Source of the DNA: Campylobacterota bacterium
GTDB taxonomy: Bacteria; Campylobacterota; Campylobacteria; Campylobacterales; Sulfurimonadaceae
Reading direction: 5' to 3'
NCBI GenBank assembly: GCA_030837195.1
Contig: JAUPKZ010000001.1
Span: 5,104-69,103 of the forward strand
Length of the DNA stretch: 64,000 bases
Shown piece by piece: positions 49,368-57,654 of this stretch. Numbering within the stretch: the first letter of the stretch is position 1; every line of letters starts with the position of its first letter. The notes beneath the pieces were generated by a model. The model saw only the letters and a list, made by a program, of their open reading frames with translations, made no database searches and was not told the origin of the DNA. The translations under genes and the position numbers were made by a program.

Positions 49368-50104
49368 AAAAACTGGTTGCATATATAACTTCAGGATATC
49401 CTGAAAAATCTTTTAGCATTGATTTGGCACTTGCCCTTAAAGAGAGCGGGGTCGATACACTTGAGCTCGGAGTTCCGTTTTCAGATCCGGTTGCGGATGG
49501 TCCGCTTATAGAAAAAGCTAACCATAAAGCTCTGGAGCTTGGTTTTAAATTTAAAGATCTCTTGGAGATTTCAAAAGTTATTGCTCCTCAAGTAGATACA
49601 CTATGGATGGGTTATTTCAACAGTTTTTATCAACATAAGTTTGATAAAACACTTCAGAAAGCAAAAGAGCTTGGCGTTAATGGATTTATCATACCGGATC
49701 TTCCGTATGAAGAGTCATTGATATATAACGACATTTTTAACTCCAAAGAACTTGCAAACATCTCTTTTGTTGCACCGACTGATACAGAACAGAGGATTAA
49801 AACTATTGTAAAAGATTCTAGAAAATTTATCTACCTTGTAGCATACACCGGAATTACAGGCTCAGGAACAGCAGAAAATTTACAACCTATCATCACATCT
49901 ATCAAAAAATATACGCAAACACCTGTTTTTGTAGGATTTGGCGTCAATAAAAAAACTGCAAAAGAGAAAGTAAAGGGTGCTGATGGTGTTATCGTGGGAA
50001 GTGCTTTTGTCGAAATACTTTTGAACGAGAATTTAAGTTATAATGAAAAGATCATCAATTGTAGCGAACTTGCAAGATTTTTAAAAAGTGAGATAAACAG
50101 CTAA
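49364..50104 (+). CDS. trpA: Tryptophan synthase alpha chain
   Basis: 246 aa. TTG start overlapping the upstream stop (TTGA). LELGVPFSDPVADGP, GFG motif, GVIVGSA. Confidence 0.9.
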   Translation: MKKLVAYITSGYPEKSFSIDLALALKESGVDTLELGVPFSDPVADGPLIEKANHKALELGFKFKDLLEISKVIAPQVDTLWMGYFNSFYQHKFDKTLQKAKELGVNGFIIPDLPYEESLIYNDIFNSKELANISFVAPTDTEQRIKTIVKDSRKFIYLVAYTGITGSGTAENLQPIITSIKKYTQTPVFVGFGVNKKTAKEKVKGADGVIVGSAFVEILLNENLSYNEKIINCSELARFLKSEINS

Positions 50105-50131
50105 GTGATTTAAATAAAATGTAGCGAAATA

Positions 50132-50208
50132 TGGTACGCCCGAAGGGATTTGAACCCCTGACCACTGGTACCGCAAACCAGTGCTCTATCCAGCTGAGCT
50201 ACGGACGC
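50132..50208 (-). tRNA. tRNA-Arg, anticodon read as GCG
   Basis: The reverse complement folds as a 77-nt cloverleaf GCGTCCG-TA-GCTCAGCTGGATAGAGC-A-CTGGT-TTGCGGT-ACCAG-TGGTC-AGGGGTTCAAATCCCTT-CGGGCGT-ACCA. It closely resembles E. coli tRNA-Arg apart from the anticodon loop. CCA is encoded. Confidence 0.85.
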
Positions 50209-50266
50209 ACATTGCCTCTTTAAGAGGATGAAATTATATCACTTTTAACTTATACAATAATAAATT

Positions 50267-50491
50267 TTAGTAAGAAATATCTAGCTTTCCTACAAGTTCT
50301 TCTATTTTTTGTTCTTGCGTAAAAAGCTCATGGTTTTTTCTTATGTATGCTTGAAGAAGAATTTTCAAGTCGTTATTCCCTTCAACATTAAAATCTTTTC
50401 TTAACTGTTTCTCTAAAAAAGGAGCAAAACTATCTTCTACATCAACATCAAAACGGCGTCCGCCGATGTTTAAGCCAAGTTTTTTACTCAT
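50267..50491 (-). CDS. Small protein, possibly ZapA-like cell-division factor
   Basis: 74 aa. LNIGGRRFDVDVED...L pattern reminiscent of the ZapA N-terminal domain, plus a short helix. Weak assignment. Confidence 0.35.
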   Translation of the reverse strand: MSKKLGLNIGGRRFDVDVEDSFAPFLEKQLRKDFNVEGNNDLKILLQAYIRKNHELFTQEQKIEELVGKLDISY

Positions 50492-50494
50492 ACG

Positions 50495-50722
50495 CTAAAC
50501 CATTATGCTTTCGATCTTTTGAACTATCTCTTCTATCTCTAAATCTTTAAGACTGTTTTGTTCAATCAACTTTTCTATTTCTTGGTTTTTTATCTCATTT
50601 TCTGCTTTTTGCTTTACTACTTCGAGTCTTAGAGCCTCGTTTTCACCTTTTAGTTGGCTATACTTCTCTATCATTGCGGATATTTTGTCATTTAATTTGA
50701 TTAAATTTGTCTGATTTTGCAT
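50495..50722 (-). CDS. Small coiled-coil protein (ZapB-like)
   Basis: 75 aa, essentially one heptad-repeat helix (E/K/L/I/Q rich). Lies 3 nt upstream of the previous ORF. Confidence 0.35.
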   Translation of the reverse strand: MQNQTNLIKLNDKISAMIEKYSQLKGENEALRLEVVKQKAENEIKNQEIEKLIEQNSLKDLEIEEIVQKIESIMV

Positions 50723-50814
50723 TTAAGCTCTCCTATATATTTAAAAAGCGAAGCAAATGACCACCTCTTTTGTAAGTCATTGCATCGATTAAAATCCGCT
50801 ATTTACTTTAAAAT

Positions 50815-51066
50815 TTAATCGTAATCTTCGGAAAACTTGCTTCTGTGTCGAAATTTTTGAACATGCCCGTAGTCGTCATCTTCATCATCGTCATACTCAT
50901 CGCCAAACTCATTTTCAAGCAATCTCTCATAACCCATTTTTTCGAGTTCATCATCAATTTGCTCTTTGTCCAAGCCATTTTTTTTACTAAAATCTAAGAT
51001 GTATTCAACATCTTTTCTCATTACACCGTTTAGCTCTAAAACAAATTCCAAATCTTTAAATGTCAT
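50815..51066 (-). CDS. Small acidic hypothetical protein
   Basis: ATG at 51066 has an AAGG RBS 5 nt upstream (the track ORF starts at 51096). The C-terminus carries a DEYDDDEDDDY acidic run. Confidence 0.4.
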   Translation of the reverse strand: MTFKDLEFVLELNGVMRKDVEYILDFSKKNGLDKEQIDDELEKMGYERLLENEFGDEYDDDEDDDYGHVQKFRHRSKFSEDYD

Positions 51067-51246
51067 ATTTGCCTTCTTTACAAACATACTCCACAAACTT
51101 ATGGAACATTTATGTTATTTCCTTATTCTTAAATTTTAATTTTATAGCAAAATTATACTCTCAAATAATTTTTTTTTCGCTAAAAAAAATCTTAAAAAAA
51201 AGCATATTTTTCTTTATCAAATTTGTAAAACTTTCTCTGCATTCTA

Positions 51247-51255
51247 TGTTATAAT
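51247..51255 (+). promoter_or_regulatory. Extended -10 element (TGtTATAAT) upstream of the rimK-fusion operon
   Basis: TGTTATAAT lies 16 nt before the first ATG (51272), preceded by a long A/T-rich tract. Confidence 0.4.
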
Positions 51256-51271
51256 TTAACCAAAATAGCGG

Positions 51272-52690
51272 ATGTGTCTTATGTCTGAAAAAACAATTAT
51301 CGGTGCTAGAGAAATCATTTCAATTGCAGATTTAAACTTATACGACCTTGATGTAAAGATTGACACGGGTGCCGATTCAAATGCGCTTCATTGTGATGAT
51401 ATTTTTGTAGATGAAAACAATATAGTCCATTTCAAACTTCTTGATGAAGTTCATCCTGCATACCACGGTAAAGAGATGCATATGCCGCTTTATGAGATGA
51501 AAAAAATCAAAAGCTCAAACGGTGAGGTACAGCAAAGACCCTCCATAAAAGCAAAAGTTGAATTTTTCGGCAAAAGATATACAACGGTTATATCACTAAC
51601 GGATAGATCCGATATGAAATATCCTATGCTTCTTGGAAAAAAATTTCTTAAAAAAAATTTCTTAGTTGATATTTCACAAGAATATCTCTCAAAATCTCAT
51701 AAAAAATCTGCTGCCGTAGAACAGCCAAAAGATGCTACACAACAAAAAACAACACCGATAAGAGTCTATGTACTATCAAGAAACAAAGAGCTATATTCGA
51801 CAAAAAGGCTAGTTCAGGCAGCTGAACAAAGAGGTTGGGAAGTAAAGGTCATTGATTATTTAAAATGCAGCATCGAGATTATGAAAGATGAGTTAAAGGT
51901 AAACTATCTAGGCAAAGAGCTGCCAAAACCGGATGCTATAATCCCAAGAATAGGCGCTAGCAGAACATTTTACGGAACTGCTATGGTACGCCATTTTGAA
52001 ATGATGGATGTTTTTACAACAACCGGAAGTTTGGCTATTAAACGCAGCAGAGATAAGCTAAGAAGCCTTCAAATACTCTCAAAAAACGGTATCGATTTGC
52101 CAAAAACCGTATTTGCTTCTAACAAATCAAGTACAAAAGATGTAATAGCCCTAAGCGGAGGAGCTCCGCTTGTTCTTAAGATTTTAGAAGGAACTCAGGG
52201 GGTCGGCGTTGTTTTAGTTGAGAGCGAAAAAGCAGCAAAATCCGTGCTAGATGCTTTTTACGGCATGGATGTAAATATGCTTGTTCAAGAGTACATAAAA
52301 GAGTCTGGTGGTTCCGACATCAGAGCCTTTATAGTAGGAGGTAAAATTGTCGGAGCAATGAGGCGCCAAGGCATAGAGGGCGACTTTAGGTCAAACCTTC
52401 ATCAAGGCGGTAGAGCTACTGCACATAAACTCACGAAAAAAGAAAAAGAGACTGCCCTTGCCGCTGCCAAAGCTATGGGTCTTAATGTGTGCGGGGTAGA
52501 TATGATCCCATCTGCCAGAGGACCTTTAGTTATGGAAGTAAACTCTTCACCCGGACTTGAAGGTATCGAGAAATCAACAAATATAGATATTGCCTCTAAG
52601 ATTATGGAGTACATAGAAAAAAATGTTACACAAAAAAATAGAGCACTTACAAAAAAATCAAGAATAAAAAAAGATAGCATAGGAGCTTAA
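51272..52690 (+). CDS. rimK: Fusion protein: retropepsin-like (DUF785/'Zn protease') domain + RimK ribosomal protein S6 glutamate ligase
   Basis: 472 aa. N-terminal about 140 aa with IGAREIISI..L......VKIDTGADSNALHC (D-T-G-A). The C-terminal 300 aa is co-linear with RimK (LVLKILEGTQGVGVVLVES, DIRAFIVGG, NLHQGG, CGVDMIPSARGPLVMEVNSSPGLEGIE). Confidence 0.85.
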   Translation: MCLMSEKTIIGAREIISIADLNLYDLDVKIDTGADSNALHCDDIFVDENNIVHFKLLDEVHPAYHGKEMHMPLYEMKKIKSSNGEVQQRPSIKAKVEFFGKRYTTVISLTDRSDMKYPMLLGKKFLKKNFLVDISQEYLSKSHKKSAAVEQPKDATQQKTTPIRVYVLSRNKELYSTKRLVQAAEQRGWEVKVIDYLKCSIEIMKDELKVNYLGKELPKPDAIIPRIGASRTFYGTAMVRHFEMMDVFTTTGSLAIKRSRDKLRSLQILSKNGIDLPKTVFASNKSSTKDVIALSGGAPLVLKILEGTQGVGVVLVESEKAAKSVLDAFYGMDVNMLVQEYIKESGGSDIRAFIVGGKIVGAMRRQGIEGDFRSNLHQGGRATAHKLTKKEKETALAAAKAMGLNVCGVDMIPSARGPLVMEVNSSPGLEGIEKSTNIDIASKIMEYIEKNVTQKNRALTKKSRIKKDSIGA

Positions 52691-52699
52691 AATATAAAT

Positions 52700-53731
52700 A
52701 TGGAACTATTTTATGATGTATTAAAGCAGCTTATTCGCGTTCCTAGCGTGGTGGGAGCCGAGCATCCTTTTTTTTTATTTATAAAAAGAGAACTTGAAGA
52801 AGCGGGAATTACGGTAGAGTACTACGATGGGGTACTAGTCGCAAAAGGAGATTCTCCTGAGGATGGGTATATATCTGCTCATGCCGATAGACACGGGCTC
52901 ATTTGTACCGGACACAATGAGTTTCAGTATGCAGCTTTCATAGCAAAAAATAAAGCAGACCTAATGGGAAACTCAAACTCCGAGCAGCTTTTAAATAATT
53001 TTACAGCGCGATTTGTAGATGAAAAAGTACAAGCTTATGACCCTTGGTCTGGAAGCTATATAGGGCTTGGAACCATTAAAGATGCTTTTTTATGCCAAAG
53101 AAGGAACAATATTATATTTAAAGTTGAAGGTTTTGACTATCTCTTTCCCGGAACTCCTATTGCATTTATGGATAAACTAGATTTTCAAGAGGAACTTATT
53201 TCTGCACAACTTGACAATGTTTTGAGCGTTGCAATCATCATCTATCTATATCTCATAGGGTACAAAGGTACGGCTTTTTTTACGGCATCCGAAGAAGCGG
53301 GAAAGAGTTGGAGATTTTTACTTGAGTATTTCAGAAGGTTCGATATCGCCACAAATGAACTCTTGGTCTTAGATACAAGCCCCTACCCTACACTTGAAGA
53401 TATAAAAAATATAGACATTGTTTTAAGAAACAGAGATTCAAATGCCGTTTTTAAATCACCGCTTAAAGATAGAATCAAAAAAATAGCAAAAAAAGAGAAG
53501 ATCAAATACGACTTTAAAGATAAATATCTAAGAAATAAAATCAAAAAAAATGGCGCAAAAGGATCCATAGGCACGACGGAGTTAGGAAGGCTTATCCATG
53601 CAACGAAAGGACAACTTCAAGGTACTACGCTGCAAATTCCTACAATTGGGTATCATACGGTAAATGAAACAACGACAAAAAGCTCTGTTGAGAGCATGAT
53701 TAATGTCTTAAAAAAAGTATATATAAAATAA
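52700..53731 (+). CDS. M42-family (glutamyl-aminopeptidase-like) metallopeptidase
   Basis: 343 aa. Putative metal and catalytic positions are all present in order: SAHADRHG, QLDN, SEEAG, LVLDTS, GYHTVNE. Starts 9 nt after rimK. Confidence 0.6.
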   Translation: MELFYDVLKQLIRVPSVVGAEHPFFLFIKRELEEAGITVEYYDGVLVAKGDSPEDGYISAHADRHGLICTGHNEFQYAAFIAKNKADLMGNSNSEQLLNNFTARFVDEKVQAYDPWSGSYIGLGTIKDAFLCQRRNNIIFKVEGFDYLFPGTPIAFMDKLDFQEELISAQLDNVLSVAIIIYLYLIGYKGTAFFTASEEAGKSWRFLLEYFRRFDIATNELLVLDTSPYPTLEDIKNIDIVLRNRDSNAVFKSPLKDRIKKIAKKEKIKYDFKDKYLRNKIKKNGAKGSIGTTELGRLIHATKGQLQGTTLQIPTIGYHTVNETTTKSSVESMINVLKKVYIK

Positions 53732-53753
53732 ACCTGTTATTATAGGATAGGCA

Positions 53754-54539
53754 ATGAGCAATATTCATAATTTAGTAGATAATTTACACTTGGAAGATTT
53801 AAGAAATGCAAATCATCCCTCAATTTTTGATGAAAATGAGTTATACGATATGCTCATTATAAGACTACCTATCATTGAAAAAACAATTAAAGTAAACTCT
53901 ATCGGGTTTATAATTACCCATGACAACAGCTACTTTTACAATAGAGAAAAAGATACTTTTGAAGAGTTAGGCAACCGTTTTGAAGCTCCGTATGAGATTT
54001 TGGATGACATAGTAGATGCTTTATTGAAGTCATTTGAAGGTTATGACGATTTGATTGTAGATATGGAAGAAACTTTATATATAAACAAAACGAAAAGCTC
54101 TTTTATGAAACAATGGCTTACCCTTAAACACAATATTGTAAAAATAGAGAGAATACTAATGCATGCCTCTTCGACGATGGATAAAGCTATCGGGTACTAT
54201 GAAAAAACTGAAAAATTTCCCATAAACCACTATACGGATTTGCACGAGCATATAGAAAGAACTCTAAGATCCGCTACGCTACAACTCTCTAAACTTGACT
54301 ATATCTATAACTTTTACAGTGCATTAACAAACGAGAGAACAAATCATTCAATCTATATACTGACTATTATTTCTGCAGTATTTTTACCGCTAAATCTGAT
54401 TGTCGGTTTTTTTGGTATAAACACAAGCGGTCTGCCTTTTAGCGACGGGAGTTCAGGAACGACCAATGTTATAGTACTTATGTTTTTTGTGTTGATTGTT
54501 TCTATAGTGTTGATTAATTTTGTAAGAAATAGAGCTTAA
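53754..54539 (+). CDS. CorA/ZntB-like divalent cation channel (short form, GIN motif)
   Basis: 261 aa. Cytoplasmic helical domain, then two C-terminal TM segments joined by FFGINTSGLPF (GxN motif, closer to ZntB GVN than CorA GMN). Confidence 0.6.
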   Translation: MSNIHNLVDNLHLEDLRNANHPSIFDENELYDMLIIRLPIIEKTIKVNSIGFIITHDNSYFYNREKDTFEELGNRFEAPYEILDDIVDALLKSFEGYDDLIVDMEETLYINKTKSSFMKQWLTLKHNIVKIERILMHASSTMDKAIGYYEKTEKFPINHYTDLHEHIERTLRSATLQLSKLDYIYNFYSALTNERTNHSIYILTIISAVFLPLNLIVGFFGINTSGLPFSDGSSGTTNVIVLMFFVLIVSIVLINFVRNRA

Positions 54540-54545
54540 TAAATA

Positions 54546-54567
54546 AAATAGGTCAAAAGACCTATTT
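54546..54567. terminator. Bidirectional hairpin between convergent corA-like gene and small ORF
   Basis: AAATAGGTC-AAAA-GACCTATTT 9-bp stem, 7 nt after the plus-strand stop. Confidence 0.6.
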
Positions 54568-54593
54568 CAGAGGGAGAAATAAAGAAGGATCGC

Positions 54594-54725
54594 TTAGTAA
54601 ATATCTGAACTAGGGTGGTTCGGTTTTGAGATATTGCTACCAGCGTCTTTTGTATCATAGTGTACTGTGTTGTCAGCTTGAAGAGCACCTAATGTTAATG
54701 CGATTAGTAAAATGATCTTTTTCAT
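54594..54725 (-). CDS. Unlisted 43-aa ORF encoding a signal-peptide-bearing small protein
   Basis: Hand translation: MKKIILLIALTLGALQADNTVHYDTKDAGSNISKPNHPSSDIY*. AGGA RBS 7 nt upstream, A-x-A-like cleavage site (LQA|D), hairpin downstream. Falls below the length cut-off of the supplied ORF track. Confidence 0.5.
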   Translation of the reverse strand: MKKIILLIALTLGALQADNTVHYDTKDAGSNISKPNHPSSDIY

Positions 54726-54885
54726 TTTGGTTTCCTTTGGTAAGAACGCGTTACGCTCTTGTTTTTTAAATCGGAGAAATTTTATCCTATTTAACTTTTA
54801 TCTTTCTTATTGCTTTTTAATTATCTGTTTATTTTAAGTTTTGATTTATTTTATGATAAAGTTACACAACTACTCAAGGGGTTAT

Positions 54886-55758
54886 ATGCAGTTTCATCGC
54901 GTTTATATAGAAATAACAAATATTTGTGGACTTGCATGCAGTTTCTGTCCTCCAAAACCTGCACCGTCAAAAACAATGTCGCTACTATTTTTTGAAAAAA
55001 TACTCCAAGAGCTTAAACCTTTTACAAAAACTCTTGCATTTCATGTTATGGGCGACCCTCTGACACTCTCAAATTTACACGACTATCTAGCGCTTTCATA
55101 CTCACACGGTTTTAAAGTTGAACTTACTACAAGCGGCTACTATCTATCCAAACACACTCCGCAAACAATTTTTCATAAGGCAACAAGGCAACTAAATATC
55201 TCACTAAACAGCTACAACAAAAACAATCTAAATATCTCTTTTGATGAGTATATGGATAAAGTTTTAGAGTTCTGTGAGCAAAAGATACTTCACCACCCGC
55301 AACCTTTTATAAATCTTCGTCTTTGGAATCTTGATGAAGTCTGCAGCGAAGCCGAATACAACAAACTACTATTTAAAAAATTATGCTCATTTTTTAATAC
55401 TAAGATTGACGAAAACAAGATATATAGAGAAAAGATTAAATCAATTCGTTTGGCTCCAAAAGTGCTGCTAAATTTTGATAGCTACTTTGAGTGGCCATCT
55501 TTAGCCTCTTCTCACAACAACAATGGAACATGTTACGGTTTAAAATCTCACATAGGAATTCTTGCAAATGGAACCGTTGTGCCGTGCTGTTTGGACGGAG
55601 ATGGCATTATAGCCCTTGGAAATCTGCATGAAAGCTCACTTTTTGAAATACTACACTCGCAAAGAGCTCAAAATATGATTGATGGTTTTAAAAATTTCAA
55701 GGCAGTTGAAGAACTTTGCAAAAAATGCAGTTATAAAGATAGATTTACAAAGGGTTAA
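54886..55758 (+). CDS. Radical SAM enzyme with C-terminal SPASM/twitch-like Cys cluster
   Basis: ATG at 54886 after AAGGGG. IEITNICGLACSFCP (CxxxCxxC). C-terminal GTCYG...VVPCCLDG...LCKKCSY cysteines. Confidence 0.8.
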   Translation: MQFHRVYIEITNICGLACSFCPPKPAPSKTMSLLFFEKILQELKPFTKTLAFHVMGDPLTLSNLHDYLALSYSHGFKVELTTSGYYLSKHTPQTIFHKATRQLNISLNSYNKNNLNISFDEYMDKVLEFCEQKILHHPQPFINLRLWNLDEVCSEAEYNKLLFKKLCSFFNTKIDENKIYREKIKSIRLAPKVLLNFDSYFEWPSLASSHNNNGTCYGLKSHIGILANGTVVPCCLDGDGIIALGNLHESSLFEILHSQRAQNMIDGFKNFKAVEELCKKCSYKDRFTKG

Positions 55759-55788
55759 TGTTTAATATTTTCTGTTATACTTCAAGCT

Positions 55789-56100
55789 ATGCGAATACGA
55801 AAATTCTGGACACTGCTATTGTTAATATCGATTGCTTTTTTCGTAGCACATGCTTCGGTTTTCTCGGCAGTTCAAGACGAGCACTGCAGTGTTAGCGAAT
55901 ATGTTCAGGAAATTTCACAACCTGTAGAGTGTGGGGATATATGCGATACACACTATGTGTTTCATATGAGCTTTATCCTTCCTTTTAAAAACAATCTCGA
56001 CATGTATAACAATAGTCCGTTGCTTCCACCTATTCATTCTAATGAGCATTATCAAAATGGCTCAATTTTACCATCTTACCGCCCTCCAATTACCGCTTAA
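55789..56100 (+). CDS. Small Cys/His-rich membrane-anchored protein (putative metal-related accessory protein)
   Basis: 103 aa. N-terminal TM (FWTLLLLISIAFFVAHA), then DEHCSVSEY....PVECGDICDTHYVFH and a C-terminal ...YRPPITA. Lies upstream of the RND metal-efflux operon. Confidence 0.45.
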   Translation: MRIRKFWTLLLLISIAFFVAHASVFSAVQDEHCSVSEYVQEISQPVECGDICDTHYVFHMSFILPFKNNLDMYNNSPLLPPIHSNEHYQNGSILPSYRPPITA

Positions 56101-56185
56101 CTTTTTATTTACATACTAAACCATTACCACTAACTCCCTTTTGAGGGAGATTATATACCTATCTATTTATTTTAAAGGATTACGC

Positions 56186-56509
56186 ATGAAATTTATCATA
56201 TTAATATGGAGCATAATGCTCGTATTGCAGGCAGAAACAACAAGTATTACGGTTCAAGAACACAACTCTTTTCATAACGCGAATAATCGTACTACTCTAA
56301 AAGCGTACAAAAAAAGAAAAATGCACGCTTTACACAAAATTGATGAAAAGCAGGCGGCGCAATTGGTTAAAAATGAAACGGGTGAAGAGATTATTTCTAG
56401 TACATTAACACATAGAGGAAACTCTCTTTTCTATGATATTGATACCAAAAACCATACTGTTGAGCTAGATGCAATTGATGGAACAATTCTCAAGAAAGTT
56501 AAAAAATGA
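56186..56509 (+). CDS. PepSY-domain periplasmic protein
   Basis: ATG at 56186 after AAGGA. Signal peptide MKFIILIWSIMLVLQA. C-terminal PepSY-like pattern (I.S..L.......FYDIDT......VELDAIDGTILK). Confidence 0.55.
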   Translation: MKFIILIWSIMLVLQAETTSITVQEHNSFHNANNRTTLKAYKKRKMHALHKIDEKQAAQLVKNETGEEIISSTLTHRGNSLFYDIDTKNHTVELDAIDGTILKKVKK

Positions 56510-57654
56510 TTAAGTTTATTTTGCCTATCACACTTCTATGCACTATCGGTTACGCCGAAAACTTTGAAACTTTTTTGGCACGCGCAGTTGAAAATAGCAC
56601 ATATATTCAATCCTCTCATCTAACGATTGAACAATCTCGCTTGGAGGGGAAAATCATAAAACGGTATGAAAACCCAAAGGTTGAAATGGAAGCATCCAGC
56701 TTTGAAAGTGAAAATGGCTATCGCGTAGCCATCGCTCAACCTATACGCCTTTGGGAAGTAAGCGCCGATAAAGAACATTTTGCAACCTCTAAAGAGGCAA
56801 ATGCCAAAGCCAATGTTTCGGCCATGCATGCTCAGTTTGTAAAAGAGATATCTTTTTTATATGCAGAGTATTCACAAAAACAAAAACTGCTGAACTTAGC
56901 CAATGAAGAGCTTAAAATAGCTCAAAAAATAAATGAGATATCAAATCAGCGCTTTCTTAGCGGTTCGCTCTCAAAGGCTTTGATGCTCCAAGCGAATGTT
57001 GATTACGCAAATGCGCAAAGCAATGTTCTTGAACATGAGAGAGAGCGTTCATTAAGCCATTACAACTTGTTGGCATTTGCAGGAGTTACAGAAGAACTCC
57101 AGATTGAGCCAAACTATCAATTTAGACTCATCAATAACGAGAAAGAGAATCCGGATATTGCACTGCTTGAATCCGAAAATGCTATGTCGATATCCGAATC
57201 CAAACTAAATACATATACAGTTGAATCTATCGAGGTGTTTGGTGAATATGAAAGAGAGGGTAATCAAAATATTTACCGTGCCGGAGTCTCAATTGCCTTG
57301 CCTTTTTTTAACGACAAGAGTGAAGAAAAATCGATTTTATCACTGCAAGAACGCCGCAGTGCATTAGCATTAAAGGCTTATAAAAACCGTCTTCAAACTA
57401 AAACAGCCACACTCAAAAAAGAGTTGGACACTCTAAATATACTGCTTCAAAAGCGTCAATCAAATCTAAAAAATGAAGAGGAGCTAATGAACATGTACAA
57501 TGATGCGTATGCCATAGCCACAATCAATATTTTAGAACTCTATGAGATTAAAAATAGAGTTCTTTCTACAAAGCGCGAAGTAATAAATCTGCAAGCACAG
57601 ATAGACCGCGCAACAGTCGAGTACAACTACACACAAGGAAATTACAATGAATAA
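56506..57654 (+). CDS. TolC-family outer membrane efflux protein (CzcC-like)
   Basis: 382 aa with a signal peptide and two repeated coiled-coil/beta halves. ATGA overlap with the upstream ORF and overlap with the downstream adaptor gene. Confidence 0.75.
   Translation: MIKFILPITLLCTIGYAENFETFLARAVENSTYIQSSHLTIEQSRLEGKIIKRYENPKVEMEASSFESENGYRVAIAQPIRLWEVSADKEHFATSKEANAKANVSAMHAQFVKEISFLYAEYSQKQKLLNLANEELKIAQKINEISNQRFLSGSLSKALMLQANVDYANAQSNVLEHERERSLSHYNLLAFAGVTEELQIEPNYQFRLINNEKENPDIALLESENAMSISESKLNTYTVESIEVFGEYEREGNQNIYRAGVSIALPFFNDKSEEKSILSLQERRSALALKAYKNRLQTKTATLKKELDTLNILLQKRQSNLKNEEELMNMYNDAYAIATINILELYEIKNRVLSTKREVINLQAQIDRATVEYNYTQGNYNE

Noticed and set aside
50105-50266. Searched for a 6S RNA (ssrS), since ssrS follows zapA in E. 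coli, and for an integrase or genomic island at the tRNA
   Set aside because: The gap is fully accounted for by the 77-nt tRNA plus short flanks. No integrase, direct-repeat att duplication or foreign-looking genes lie next to the tRNA.
51060-51254. 64-aa plus-strand ORF in the intergenic region upstream of the rimK fusion
   Set aside because: It is composed almost entirely of A/T-rich codons (F/I/L/K/N/S) and overlaps the promoter region and the 5' end of the opposite-strand small gene. It has no RBS.
54810-54995. 61-aa alternative-frame ORF and the TTG-54841 extension at the radical SAM gene start
   Set aside because: The ATG at 54886 has an AAGGGG RBS and places the CxxxCxxC motif at the usual distance from the N-terminus (residues 14-21). 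The other frames lack support.
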